A DNA stretch of 64,000 nucleotides from Dehalococcoidia bacterium (GTDB lineage Bacteria; Chloroflexota; Dehalococcoidia; Lucifugimonadales; UBA3495), in assembly GCA_965249145.1 (NCBI GenBank), contig OZ252223.1:2323881-2387880 (forward strand). Direction: 5' to 3'. Shown piece by piece: positions 35,378-44,586 of this stretch (within the stretch, counting starts at the first letter, position 1; each line of letters begins with the position of its first letter). A model generated the notes under the pieces. The model searched no databases. It worked only from the letters and a program-made list of their open reading frames with translations, and was not told the DNA's origin. Position numbers and translations under genes: made by a program.

Positions 35378-36481
35378 ATGGAATCTTACCCAGGGAGATT
35401 GGCTGTGCTTGAGCAGTTTAAGGTTGGCCACGACGAGGCGGTGTTCGCCCAGGGCGACGCTTTGAAGGCCACTGTGGCCGCAGTATTCGAGAAGATGGGC
35501 GTGCCCCCGGACGACGCCGAGCTCGGGGCCGATGTGCTGGTCCTAGCCGACCTGCGGGGCGTGGACTCCCACGGAGTCTCCAACATGCTCCGCAGCTACA
35601 TCAACGGCTACCAAGACGGCTCGATCAATCCTCGGCCCGACTGGAAGGTCATCCGCGAGACTCCCAGCACCGCGACCATCGACTCCGACCGGGGTCTGGG
35701 CACCATCATCACCCCCAAGGCGATGGACATCGCCATCCAGAAGGCGGCCAACGTTGGTGTCGGTATGGTGGCCATCGGTAACGCCCGACATTTGGGGATG
35801 GCGTCGTACCACTCGATGCGCGCGTTGGCCCACGACATGATCGGCGTTTGTATGACGAGTTGCCCGCCCTCGGTATTGCCAACCTTCGGCGCCGAGCCAC
35901 GATTGGGCACGAATCCCATCGCCATTGCCGTCCCCACGCTGAACGAGGCCCCCTTCGTGTTCGACGCCGCCACCAGCTCGGTCGCGGTCAACAAGATACG
36001 AATCGCCCAGCGCTTGGGCGCGGAGATTCCAGCGGGCTGGCTGGCCGACCGCGACGGCAACCCGATCATGGAGGATGGCCAGGCCCCTGATGACTACTGG
36101 CTGCTTCCCTTGGGCAGCAACCGTGAGCTGGGCTCACATAAGGGTTACGGGTTGTCCTGCGTGGTCGACATCCTGGCCGGAGTACTGACCGGCTTCGGCT
36201 ACGGCGCGGTGCCGGGCCGCCCCAACTTCGGACACTACGTGGCGGCCTACAGCGTAGACGCCTTCACCGACGTCGGCGAGTTCAAGCAGGAAATGGACGA
36301 ATGGGTGCGCATGATGAACGCCACCCGCCCGGCCCCAGGCCACGACCGTGTGCTGGTGGCCGGACAACCCGAAGCCGAGGTCGAGGCCATCCGCCGTGAG
36401 GAGGGAATTCCCCTCCACCCCGACGTCGCTCAATCGCTGCGCGATACCTGCGCGGAGCTGGGCGTAGTCTGTTTGGTGTAG
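35378..36481 (+). CDS. Ldh family oxidoreductase (malate/L-lactate dehydrogenase family 2)
   Basis: ORF 35348..36481. DLRGVDSHGV, HLGMASYH and SHKGYGLSCVVDILAG. Start uncertain: ATG 35378 sits 4 nt after a TGCTATACT -10-like motif. Confidence 0.8.
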   Translation: MESYPGRLAVLEQFKVGHDEAVFAQGDALKATVAAVFEKMGVPPDDAELGADVLVLADLRGVDSHGVSNMLRSYINGYQDGSINPRPDWKVIRETPSTATIDSDRGLGTIITPKAMDIAIQKAANVGVGMVAIGNARHLGMASYHSMRALAHDMIGVCMTSCPPSVLPTFGAEPRLGTNPIAIAVPTLNEAPFVFDAATSSVAVNKIRIAQRLGAEIPAGWLADRDGNPIMEDGQAPDDYWLLPLGSNRELGSHKGYGLSCVVDILAGVLTGFGYGAVPGRPNFGHYVAAYSVDAFTDVGEFKQEMDEWVRMMNATRPAPGHDRVLVAGQPEAEVEAIRREEGIPLHPDVAQSLRDTCAELGVVCLV

Positions 36482-36539
36482 GTGGCGGGAGTGGCGCGTG
36501 GAGGCGAGAACGACGGAGTGAAGCGGGTAGAGTCCTGGA

Positions 36540-37943
36540 TCAAGCGTGGGTGGGGCGCATGGTGTGCCAGGGGGTCGCTTGTTCGTAGGCGTGGGCTACC
36601 TTGAGGACGGTGGCTTCGTCGAACGGGCGCCCTCCGATCTGGAGGCCGATGGGCAGCCCCTGGGAGTTGAAGCCGCAGTTGATCGAGATAGCGGGCGCAC
36701 CGGCTAGGTTGAACGGGCGGGTCATCACTGGCGGCTGGTCCCGGGCCATTTCCTTGGACGTGATCGTAGGCTCGTCTCCGACCAAGGGCGCACAGCTCTT
36801 CGACGTGGGCAGAATAAGCACGTCGTAGGACTCCAACGCCCCGAGCACCTCCCGGCGCACCAACTCCCGCAGCTTCTGGACCTTGTAGTAGGCTTGGGCT
36901 GGCATGATGCTGCCAGTGAGCAGCCCGATCCTGTTGGCGTGGCCGAGCTCGTGCAGGCGCTCGCGAATCCAGTCGCGGTAGGTCATCGACGCTTCGACGT
37001 TAATCAGGCCCGCCGCGAGGGTGCCGCCGTGTACCGTCATCGGCAACGAAACGTCCTCCACGGTCGCGCCTAGCTCTTGGAGCATGGCCCCGGCCGCGAC
37101 GATGCCGTTTCGCACTTCGGGGTCAACGATGTCGCTGTCGATCAGCTCCCGTATCGCCCCCACACGGACGCCGGATAAGTCGCCGCCCAACGCATCGCGG
37201 TAGTCAGGGACTGGCACGTTCCAGGTGTAGGCATCCCGGGGGTCGTGGCCGGCGATGGCGCCCAGGGTAATGGCCGCGTCTTCAACCGTACGGGAGATCG
37301 GTCCAACCTGGTCCATTGACCACGAGCCAGCGGCCACCCCGTAGCGGCTCACCCGACCCCAACTGGGCCGCAGTCCGACGATGCCGCACCAAGCCGCCGG
37401 GCGGCGGATCGAGCCGCCAGTGTCCTCGCCCAAAGACGTGGAGCACAGAAAGGCGGCGGTGGCGGAGCCGGAGCCGCCGCTCGAGCCGCCGGTGAAGCGG
37501 TCGAGGTCCCAGGGGTTGCGGTTGAAGCTGTAGCGCTGCGAGGCGCCCAGGGCGAACTCGGTGAGGTTGGTCTTGCCCAAGACGACGGCGCCGGCCTTTT
37601 TCAGGTTGGCGATGGAGGTGGCGTCTTCGTCGGGCACGAAGTCGGCCATCAACCGCGAGCCGATAGTGGTGCGGATGCCCCGGGTCCAAATCTGGTCTTT
37701 CACCGCCACCGGTATGCCGTGCATCGGTCCGAGGTACTCGCCTTGGGCGATGACGCGCTCCGCCTCTTGGGCGGCGGCTATGGCCTCTTTCCGGCAGACG
37801 GTCAGGTAGGAGTTGAACTTGAAGTTCAGGGAGTCGATGCGGTCGAGGTACGCGGTGGTGGCCTCGACCGGCGAAACTTCCCGGTCGCGGATTAGGTCTG
37901 CGAGTTCCGCCGTGGTCAGGAAGGGGATGTCCTGGTGGTCCAT
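36540..37943 (-). CDS. amidase (amidase-signature family, GatA-like)
   Basis: 467-aa ORF with AGGAGG RBS. AS signature GGSSGGSGSATAA, and the KD..W Lys context. Confidence 0.88.
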   Translation of the reverse strand: MDHQDIPFLTTAELADLIRDREVSPVEATTAYLDRIDSLNFKFNSYLTVCRKEAIAAAQEAERVIAQGEYLGPMHGIPVAVKDQIWTRGIRTTIGSRLMADFVPDEDATSIANLKKAGAVVLGKTNLTEFALGASQRYSFNRNPWDLDRFTGGSSGGSGSATAAFLCSTSLGEDTGGSIRRPAAWCGIVGLRPSWGRVSRYGVAAGSWSMDQVGPISRTVEDAAITLGAIAGHDPRDAYTWNVPVPDYRDALGGDLSGVRVGAIRELIDSDIVDPEVRNGIVAAGAMLQELGATVEDVSLPMTVHGGTLAAGLINVEASMTYRDWIRERLHELGHANRIGLLTGSIMPAQAYYKVQKLRELVRREVLGALESYDVLILPTSKSCAPLVGDEPTITSKEMARDQPPVMTRPFNLAGAPAISINCGFNSQGLPIGLQIGGRPFDEATVLKVAHAYEQATPWHTMRPTHA

Positions 37944-38056
37944 CAGGGCCTCCTGGGCTAAACGAATCTATAAACAACCCGCCGGGCCAAGAACGTAGGG
38001 GCGCTTCGAGAAGCGCCCCTACGGCGGTCACGGAACGGTGACGGAAGGAGTGGCGG

Positions 38057-39187
38057 CTAGTCGTCCTTCAGGGCCGGGATGACTTCCTGGCCGAACAACT
38101 CCAGCGAGCGCATGGTGTCTTGGTGGGACAGCGGGCCGCCTTGGGCTTCCAGCAGCAGCGCGCCGATGCCCAGTTCTTCCTTGATATAGCGCAGCTTCTT
38201 GATGACCGTATCGGGGCTGCCGACGACCAGGTGGTAGTTGTCCTGCAACTCCTGGTAGGACATTTCGTTGAGCGGCGTTGATCGCCGTCGGGCGTTGGCG
38301 GCGGCGCCAGCGGCGGAGAAGTAGCCGGGCGGGGCCCAGTATTCGCGCGGCCCTTTCAGCGGGTGGCCCATGCGCCAAAGGAAGGCTTTGCCCGCTTCTT
38401 GGGCCTTCTCGTCGGTGTCGTTGACGTGGGCGCAGATCATGAAGGCGAACTTGTCGGGGCCGGGCTCCCATCCGTTTTCGCCAGCAATGCTCCGGTAGTT
38501 CTGGAACAGGTTGCGGGCCACGGTCAATTCGGTCAGAAAGGCGGCGTAGGTGTAGTGGTTCTCGGCGGCCCACTGGACCGTCTCGGGACTGCCGGTCCCG
38601 GGCACCCATACCGGAGGATGCGGCTGCTGAATCGGAAGCATCCAGGGGTTCACTGCCCGGTAGTGGTAGTGCTTTCCCTCCCAGCGGAAGGGGCCGGGCG
38701 TCGTCCACGTCTTGATGATCAGATCGTGGCATTCCTCGAACCGCTCTCGATTGTAGATCGGGTTGGTATTGTTGGCCCAGCTTTCGATACCGATGCCCCT
38801 CACGAAGCCGGATATGATGCGCCCGCCCGAGATCACGTCCAGCATGGCGATCTCTTCGGCGAGGCGGACCGGGTTGTCGGAGGTGGGTAGCATGTTGCCC
38901 AGCATCAGGATCTTGGCGCGGTTGGTGCCGCGAGCCAGGATGCCGCCGGTGATGTTGACCTCGACGTCCATGCACGACGGCGTGTTGTGGTGCTCGTTGA
39001 TCATAAGGCCGTCGAAGCCAACTTCCTCGGCGTACTGGTACTCGTCCAAGTAGCGGTTGAACAGGTCGTGGGCCGTGGGAGGATCAAAGTAGGTGTTGGG
39101 GAAGGTGAGGCGCATCGACGGGAACTTGTCGGCCTCCGACTCGGGAAAGGCCGTGTAGGGGAACTCGGTGAAGTAAAAGACGTCCAT
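38057..39187 (-). CDS. LLM class flavin-dependent oxidoreductase
   Basis: 376-aa ORF. GFDGLMINEHHNTP and SGGRIISGFVRG. Paralog of 44587..45798. Its ATG shares one nucleotide with the TAA of the upstream GHKL gene. Confidence 0.85.
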   Translation of the reverse strand: MDVFYFTEFPYTAFPESEADKFPSMRLTFPNTYFDPPTAHDLFNRYLDEYQYAEEVGFDGLMINEHHNTPSCMDVEVNITGGILARGTNRAKILMLGNMLPTSDNPVRLAEEIAMLDVISGGRIISGFVRGIGIESWANNTNPIYNRERFEECHDLIIKTWTTPGPFRWEGKHYHYRAVNPWMLPIQQPHPPVWVPGTGSPETVQWAAENHYTYAAFLTELTVARNLFQNYRSIAGENGWEPGPDKFAFMICAHVNDTDEKAQEAGKAFLWRMGHPLKGPREYWAPPGYFSAAGAAANARRRSTPLNEMSYQELQDNYHLVVGSPDTVIKKLRYIKEELGIGALLLEAQGGPLSHQDTMRSLELFGQEVIPALKDD

Positions 39188-40716
39188 TAGGCGACCTCGG
39201 CCTGTTCGATTTCTTGTTGGGCCATCTTTAAATCCACCGGATTTCGGAGAAGGCCATCCTTCAGGATCTTTATCGTGTCTGGGTCGAGGGCGGCCGATTT
39301 ACTTCGAGCCTTCCATTCGGCTATGGCATCGTACGTGCAATGCCGCAAGTAATTCAATACTCCTTCGCTACCTGCAAGTTGGGACCAATGAGGATGGTTT
39401 GTGTTGATCATAATCATGTCGCGATCTGGTTGTGTCGATTCGAGGGCGACATATGGATCATTGATTGAACCATCGGACATTAAATAGCCTAGGACCTGAA
39501 CGCTACCCATATGGGTGACGTACGTGGGATCTCGCTTCCCGGCGGCGTCTACTAACGGTTTCTTCATCTGCTTTACCGCATCAGGGGTAGGGACCTCATC
39601 AATAGCCACAATGTCGATGATCTCGCCAGACGAGAGTTCCCTTGTCAGTTCGTCGATCGCCACCTGGGTCTCGAGTTGGCTCGGGCCGCTCCCGTTGTTC
39701 CCAGTTCTACGAGCATTCTTTGCAACCGCAACGTACTCCGTGCAAATCTCTTTCAGACGGTCTTGGACCTGATCCTCCTCATCACCAAACCAAAGGATGT
39801 CGTCCTTGGTATGGCTAACCTCGAATGCGTTTAAATGGATTTCGCCGACCACTCGCTGATTGACCAAATCGTTCGAACCTAGTATTTGTCCGAATATCGA
39901 CTCGGGACGCCAGCTCTCCGGCCAGCCTTTAACCACTCTGTTAGCGTTGAGAACCGAGAATCCGGCTCTGGCCCGACTACCTCGTTCCAAAACTCCAACC
40001 CAGCCAAACACCGGTTTGCCTGACACCTCAAAATCAAAATCCCTCTTGTAGTCGCTACCGTCGGGAGCCTGTAGGAAACGAAAATCGCCATCGTTCCAGG
40101 TCAAAGGGCTCCCTGCCCATTCTATCGCCACGTCGCCGCTACGCAGATCTTGACGATACATTGATCTCAAGAAATCCCTGATCTTGCCTAAAGTCCGTCC
40201 CTGGAATTTTTTGTTGAGCTTGCGGATCTCGATGATCGTATAATGGGACTCTTTCAGTTGGTCCTCTTTCACGGAGTGTGGTAGATCGTTCGATCCAGAA
40301 GCGACCTTGTTGACATCAATCGATACTGAATGTTCTTGCGTCTCACCCAGCCTCTTGGTTCTTAATTCCCAGCGCTCCCCTAACCAACAAGCCGCCGTCT
40401 TCATCCCCATTCCATATTTTGACCGACCCGTCGTGTCTTCCGGAGGTACTCCGACCCTCAATGCCCTAGTTAGCTCCTGATATGACATGCCCATAGCGTT
40501 GTCGGAGATTCGAATGAACCCCTCATTACGGCCGTATACAATTCCAACCGTCAGCTTATCTCCGTTATCCGCGTATACACCATCAAGTTTAGTACGGTTG
40601 TTGAAATAGGATTGGGTGGAATTATCGACGAATTCCGCAATCGCGTGCCAAGGTGTGTACGCTAGGCGCTTGTAAGAGTGGATTACTTCCAGTCCTAGCT
40701 GCAGCTGAATGGGCAT
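39187..40716 (-). CDS. GHKL (Bergerat-fold, HATPase_c_3 / MORC-MutL-like) ATPase
   Basis: 509-aa ORF. N box EFVDNS, G1 box DNAMGMS, G2 box YGMGMKTA. The C-terminal ~370 aa are unassigned. Confidence 0.8.
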   Translation of the reverse strand: MPIQLQLGLEVIHSYKRLAYTPWHAIAEFVDNSTQSYFNNRTKLDGVYADNGDKLTVGIVYGRNEGFIRISDNAMGMSYQELTRALRVGVPPEDTTGRSKYGMGMKTAACWLGERWELRTKRLGETQEHSVSIDVNKVASGSNDLPHSVKEDQLKESHYTIIEIRKLNKKFQGRTLGKIRDFLRSMYRQDLRSGDVAIEWAGSPLTWNDGDFRFLQAPDGSDYKRDFDFEVSGKPVFGWVGVLERGSRARAGFSVLNANRVVKGWPESWRPESIFGQILGSNDLVNQRVVGEIHLNAFEVSHTKDDILWFGDEEDQVQDRLKEICTEYVAVAKNARRTGNNGSGPSQLETQVAIDELTRELSSGEIIDIVAIDEVPTPDAVKQMKKPLVDAAGKRDPTYVTHMGSVQVLGYLMSDGSINDPYVALESTQPDRDMIMINTNHPHWSQLAGSEGVLNYLRHCTYDAIAEWKARSKSAALDPDTIKILKDGLLRNPVDLKMAQQEIEQAEVA

Positions 40717-40725
40717 GGTCTCCCC

Positions 40726-41508
40726 CTATTGTGCAAGCTCGAAGAAAAGTCGACCGAGTTCGTCTCGCGAAATTTGGTATTCGCGCCTATACAGGAGAGG
40801 ATTGTTCCCGATTGGGCTGAGCCATACTTTGTCGGCCGAATCAATTCGCTCCCAGTCCGTTATGCCCTCGTTGAAATGAATCGTCAGCCGGCCGCCCCTC
40901 GGGATGCCAAGCGAGGCCGGAGAGTCTATTTCGATCAACCTAGGGATAATGCGATCCGGCCTACAAGCCGAAACGACTTCCGCCGGCAGGCCTCCAAGCG
41001 TGTCACCGTTGACTCTCAAGATGTGCTGGTTCCGAGGGGATCGAAATACTTGGACAATCATTAGAAGGCAACCAACACGGCGAATCGAATCCACCCAGGT
41101 CGGAACTTCTTGGTTGACTACCACAACTACTCTCGGTTGGGTTCCTTTGATCATATCCGAGACAGATTGGGAATCTAGTCCAGTTGAGTTCTCGACCAGA
41201 TACCGAGCATGTTCCTCACCATACCTGGCCTTGGAGAAGACTTCGATTTGGGGCAAGACATGTGAGTTTAGGGAGTGATGGGCCATCTCTACTTCGACCA
41301 CCCACCAACGCCTGTAGGACCGATCTATTAGGGCTAGGTCTGGTATCCGGCTCTCGTGTTCGTCCTGCACTGGAATCCGAAAACGTGCCGCAAAGTAACC
41401 GGGGAAGATCTCTCCGGCTTCTCTGTACACCATGGATTCGAAGTCGTGTTCGTACAAACCAAGGGACGAAACCGCTTCGAACCACTCCCCGTTAACTAAG
41501 AGTCGCAC
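40726..41508 (-). CDS. hypothetical protein with a restriction-endonuclease-like (PD...ExE) motif
   Basis: 260-aa ORF overlapping the helicase stop by 17 nt. N-terminal half carries EHDFES...RIPDLALIDRSYRRWWVVEVEMAHH. C-terminal half is beta-rich and unassigned. Confidence 0.5.
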   Translation of the reverse strand: MRLLVNGEWFEAVSSLGLYEHDFESMVYREAGEIFPGYFAARFRIPVQDEHESRIPDLALIDRSYRRWWVVEVEMAHHSLNSHVLPQIEVFSKARYGEEHARYLVENSTGLDSQSVSDMIKGTQPRVVVVVNQEVPTWVDSIRRVGCLLMIVQVFRSPRNQHILRVNGDTLGGLPAEVVSACRPDRIIPRLIEIDSPASLGIPRGGRLTIHFNEGITDWERIDSADKVWLSPIGNNPLLYRREYQISRDELGRLFFELAQ

Positions 41509-42712
41509 TATCTAGGCTAATTGAAGAACGCAACCACTCGATAACACCAACTCCCACAAGTTCCTTTGCTTCGTTCCCCAAGCGTTCTTCTTCGACCTTT
41601 GAATTGTAAATAGTATACACTCGGGCACGAATTTTTCCTTGTGCAGGTCGCAACACTCTGCCGAGACGCTGGATGCGTTGGCGAGAACTCGCTGTCGAGG
41701 ATGCCACGATAGCAACGTTCGTCTCGGGAACGTTAACGCCCTCATCGAGAGCGCGACAGGTAATTAGCACGTCGAATAATCCTCTTCGATACAGTCGAAG
41801 ATTGTCTCTTCTGACCACCGGGTCCACTTTTGAGTGATATATCGTGGCATTAAAGTTGCGGGCCTGAAGTACTCTCAGAATCGCTTCTGCAGCATCGATA
41901 TTCTCATGGAAAATCATGATCTTATTGCCGCGTTCTAACTCGGCTAGTCGTATCGCGATTGGTATACGCCGTAGTGATCCAGCAGCAATTCGGGCGCGAC
42001 GTTGTAATTTTGTTCTCAGGCTTTCTTGGCTCCCGCTACCGGATTCATACTGTCGAAGGGCGCGAGTCACCTCTCGGGTTGCTTCGTCGTACCGTCTCTT
42101 TTCATCTTCTGCCATTTCTACAGACACGTTTACCAAGTCGAAAGGAACGATCACGCCGTCTTGGAGGGCCTGGTTGTAGTCGTATCTGTAAATTATGGGA
42201 CCAAGAGTTGGAACTAGCACTTCTTCGAACAGGTCATCGTATTCCCGTTCCGGAGTCGCTGACAAACCCAATGTAGCTACAGGACTGCCAACCAGTGCTA
42301 GGGAGTTAGCGTTGCTGGCAGCGCGGTGGCATTCGTCCACGATCAACATACAGTTGAAGCCATTCACCACCACCGGAGCCCATTGTCGGGCGGTGTTTAT
42401 CACCATCAAATTTATTAAACTGGGACCCTCGGGCCTCCCTTCACCTGAGTAGAAAGCAATCTCGTCTTCAGAAACGTGAAGGTCTTCACGCAAGCTTACG
42501 TACCATTGGTCCATCAGTGCGATGGTGGGGACGACTACGACGAATCGTCCGTCAGGATGATTAGCCCTGAAGATGTTCATACACATCTGGGCGAAGGTGG
42601 TCTTGCCGGCACCAGTGACCACCGAGGCGATCCCTCGCTGAGACGATTCCCAGATTTGGAGAGCCTCTGATTGCCAAGATCGAGCAGTTAAACTTAGTGT
42701 CCAGGGGGGCAT
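41492..42712 (-). CDS. SF2 DEAD/DEAH-type helicase (ResIII / XPB-like)
   Basis: 406-aa ORF. Motif I TGAGKT, II DECH, III SAT, V TCRALDEGVNVP, VI QRIQRLGRVLR. Confidence 0.85.
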   Translation of the reverse strand: MPPWTLSLTARSWQSEALQIWESSQRGIASVVTGAGKTTFAQMCMNIFRANHPDGRFVVVVPTIALMDQWYVSLREDLHVSEDEIAFYSGEGRPEGPSLINLMVINTARQWAPVVVNGFNCMLIVDECHRAASNANSLALVGSPVATLGLSATPEREYDDLFEEVLVPTLGPIIYRYDYNQALQDGVIVPFDLVNVSVEMAEDEKRRYDEATREVTRALRQYESGSGSQESLRTKLQRRARIAAGSLRRIPIAIRLAELERGNKIMIFHENIDAAEAILRVLQARNFNATIYHSKVDPVVRRDNLRLYRRGLFDVLITCRALDEGVNVPETNVAIVASSTASSRQRIQRLGRVLRPAQGKIRARVYTIYNSKVEEERLGNEAKELVGVGVIEWLRSSISLDSATLS

Positions 42713-42721
42713 ATTAGCGGC

Positions 42722-43678
42722 CTATTGGGAATTCGATTCCATGTTGGCGAATCTGGAGTGCGAGGCCGAAGCGTATTGCGATTCGGCCTCGATGCTAATC
42801 CACCTGCGTCCAAGAGACTCTGCCGCTGCGCCGGTGATGTTGCTACCACCAAACGGATCTAGCACCAAATCACCGGGCTCGGTGAGAAACTCAATGAAGA
42901 AAATAGCAAGTTCAATCGGCATACGCGCAGGATGTGGAGTGATGCCCTCCCGGCGACAATATCTCAAGTATGGATCCGTTGCCCGAGTATTGGTCGCCCG
43001 AATCACGTTAGATGGGATGGCGCCACCATTGTCTGTCAAAAATGAAGTGCTGCCGATGTTGTGCTCTGACGGCCTTTTGCCTGGATTGTACTTCTTGGAA
43101 TCCAGGAGACCACGCATCGCGTCGCTGTATGGCACCAAAACACGCCGATTATCTGCTTTAGGTCGATCCGTGGATGCCATCCACCAAATATGTGTGAAAG
43201 CATCCTTTACCCTAATCCGCTCAACGTTAACCCATTGGGCTGGCGCTGGAAGGCGCGCCGGATTAGAACGAACGAACTGCTGACATAGAACGAGATCACC
43301 CTGTTTGAGAAAAGCCAGCAAGGCTTCCAAGGCAAGGGTCGACATTGAAGGCTTGCCGGGGCTCCAAGAGTTGCCAAGTTCAACGACAATTGATCCATCC
43401 GGAGCCAGATAATCAACGAACTGCCTGGCAAATCCAGCAAGCCATTCGATATAAGCCTCGCCAAGCAAGTTGCCGTATTTCTTTTTCCGATTCAGAGGAA
43501 ACGGGGGAGACGTAAATACTAATTGAACGTGTCCACGGTACCTAGCCAGATAATCAGAAGCCAAAGCGTCCTCCGCCTTGGCTTCCATCATGACTCCGAG
43601 TTCGGTCTCGCACGCGACCTTTGGAATTCCCGGCACAGCGGGTCCATTTCCATAAATCACAGCATCGTTACCCATCAT
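42722..43678 (-). CDS. beta-class DNA methyltransferase (N6-adenine or N4-cytosine; N6_N4_Mtase type)
   Basis: 318-aa ORF. Motif IV FTSPPF is near the N-terminus and motif I LDPFGGSNITG is near the C-terminus (order IV...I). Confidence 0.85.
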   Translation of the reverse strand: MMGNDAVIYGNGPAVPGIPKVACETELGVMMEAKAEDALASDYLARYRGHVQLVFTSPPFPLNRKKKYGNLLGEAYIEWLAGFARQFVDYLAPDGSIVVELGNSWSPGKPSMSTLALEALLAFLKQGDLVLCQQFVRSNPARLPAPAQWVNVERIRVKDAFTHIWWMASTDRPKADNRRVLVPYSDAMRGLLDSKKYNPGKRPSEHNIGSTSFLTDNGGAIPSNVIRATNTRATDPYLRYCRREGITPHPARMPIELAIFFIEFLTEPGDLVLDPFGGSNITGAAAESLGRRWISIEAESQYASASHSRFANMESNSQ

Positions 43679-43744
43679 TCCGCCTCCGTCTATTAACCCT
43701 CACACTTTCTCACCACCTGATGGGCTTGGCGCGGCGGTATCCTC

Positions 43745-44527
43745 CTAGGCCAGGAAATCCAGAGCGGTCTTGACGAACTCTTCGGGCTTTTCGACTTGGG
43801 GCGAGTGGCCGCAGTTGTCGAGAACAACCAGCTCCGAGCCGGGGATCGCCTTTTGGTAGAGACTGCCGCATTCCACGGGGACGATGCGGTCCTCGCGGCC
43901 CCAGACCATGCGGGTGGGCGCCTTCACGCGGGCCAGCAACCCGGTGAGGCGTGGGTCATGCATGTAGGGCTTCCAGGTGAGGCGCACCGCCATCTCACGG
44001 TTAAGGTCGGCGGTCAATTGCTGTTCCGGGGTCAACTCCCGCCCGTAAACCGCATCGTACTCAGGGGCTTGCGACGGGTCGTGGAACATCAATTCCAAGA
44101 CTTGGGCCGGGCTGATGATGAAGATGTCGGCGATCTCGCTCTCCAGCGGTTTGATCCCCGCCGCGCCGACCAGCATCAGCTTGCCGACGGCGTTGCTGCA
44201 GGTGGCCACCAGCTCGGAGGCAATCCAGCCGCCCATGGAGAAGCCGATGGTCCGTACCCTCTCCAGTCCCAGCGTCTCCAGGTACCAGGTGTAGAACGCG
44301 GCCATGTCGGGGATGCTCTCCAACCATTCGGGCCGCGGGGACTGGCCGTAACCGGGGTGGGAAGGATAGTAGACGGTGTAGTGCTCGGCCAGTGCGTCAA
44401 CAAAACGCAGCCATCCGTTATTGCCGCCAGCGCCGTGGAGCAACAGCAGGGGCTCGCCGGAGCCGCCCTTGAGTGTGTGTACGCCGGTGCCGCCGACGTC
44501 AACGATTTCCTCGGTGAATGCGGGCAT
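43745..44527 (-). CDS. alpha/beta hydrolase (meta-cleavage product hydrolase-like)
   Basis: 260-aa ORF with AGGAGA RBS. HGAGG oxyanion region, nucleophile elbow GFSMGG, and C-terminal CGHSPQVE. Confidence 0.85.
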   Translation of the reverse strand: MPAFTEEIVDVGGTGVHTLKGGSGEPLLLLHGAGGNNGWLRFVDALAEHYTVYYPSHPGYGQSPRPEWLESIPDMAAFYTWYLETLGLERVRTIGFSMGGWIASELVATCSNAVGKLMLVGAAGIKPLESEIADIFIISPAQVLELMFHDPSQAPEYDAVYGRELTPEQQLTADLNREMAVRLTWKPYMHDPRLTGLLARVKAPTRMVWGREDRIVPVECGSLYQKAIPGSELVVLDNCGHSPQVEKPEEFVKTALDFLA

Positions 44528-44586
44528 GTTCGATTCTCCTGATTAAATCTGCCGTCCCATCACGTGGGGACGTGTCGTTGGCTGGG

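Larger units (their letters stand above)
39187..43744 (-). other. low-GC genomic island carrying a four-gene R-M/defence-like operon
   Basis: Hand counts give 45 G+C in 40201-40300 against 63 in 38101-38200. Four co-directional genes with 9-nt gaps or a 17-nt overlap. Confidence 0.7.

Noticed and set aside
43679-43744. Direct repeats or att-like sequences at the edges of the 39.2-43.7 kb island and the 24.4-26.4 kb cassette.
   Set aside because: None was found by eye, and no integrase, transposase or tRNA lies at either boundary. The mechanism of acquisition remains open.
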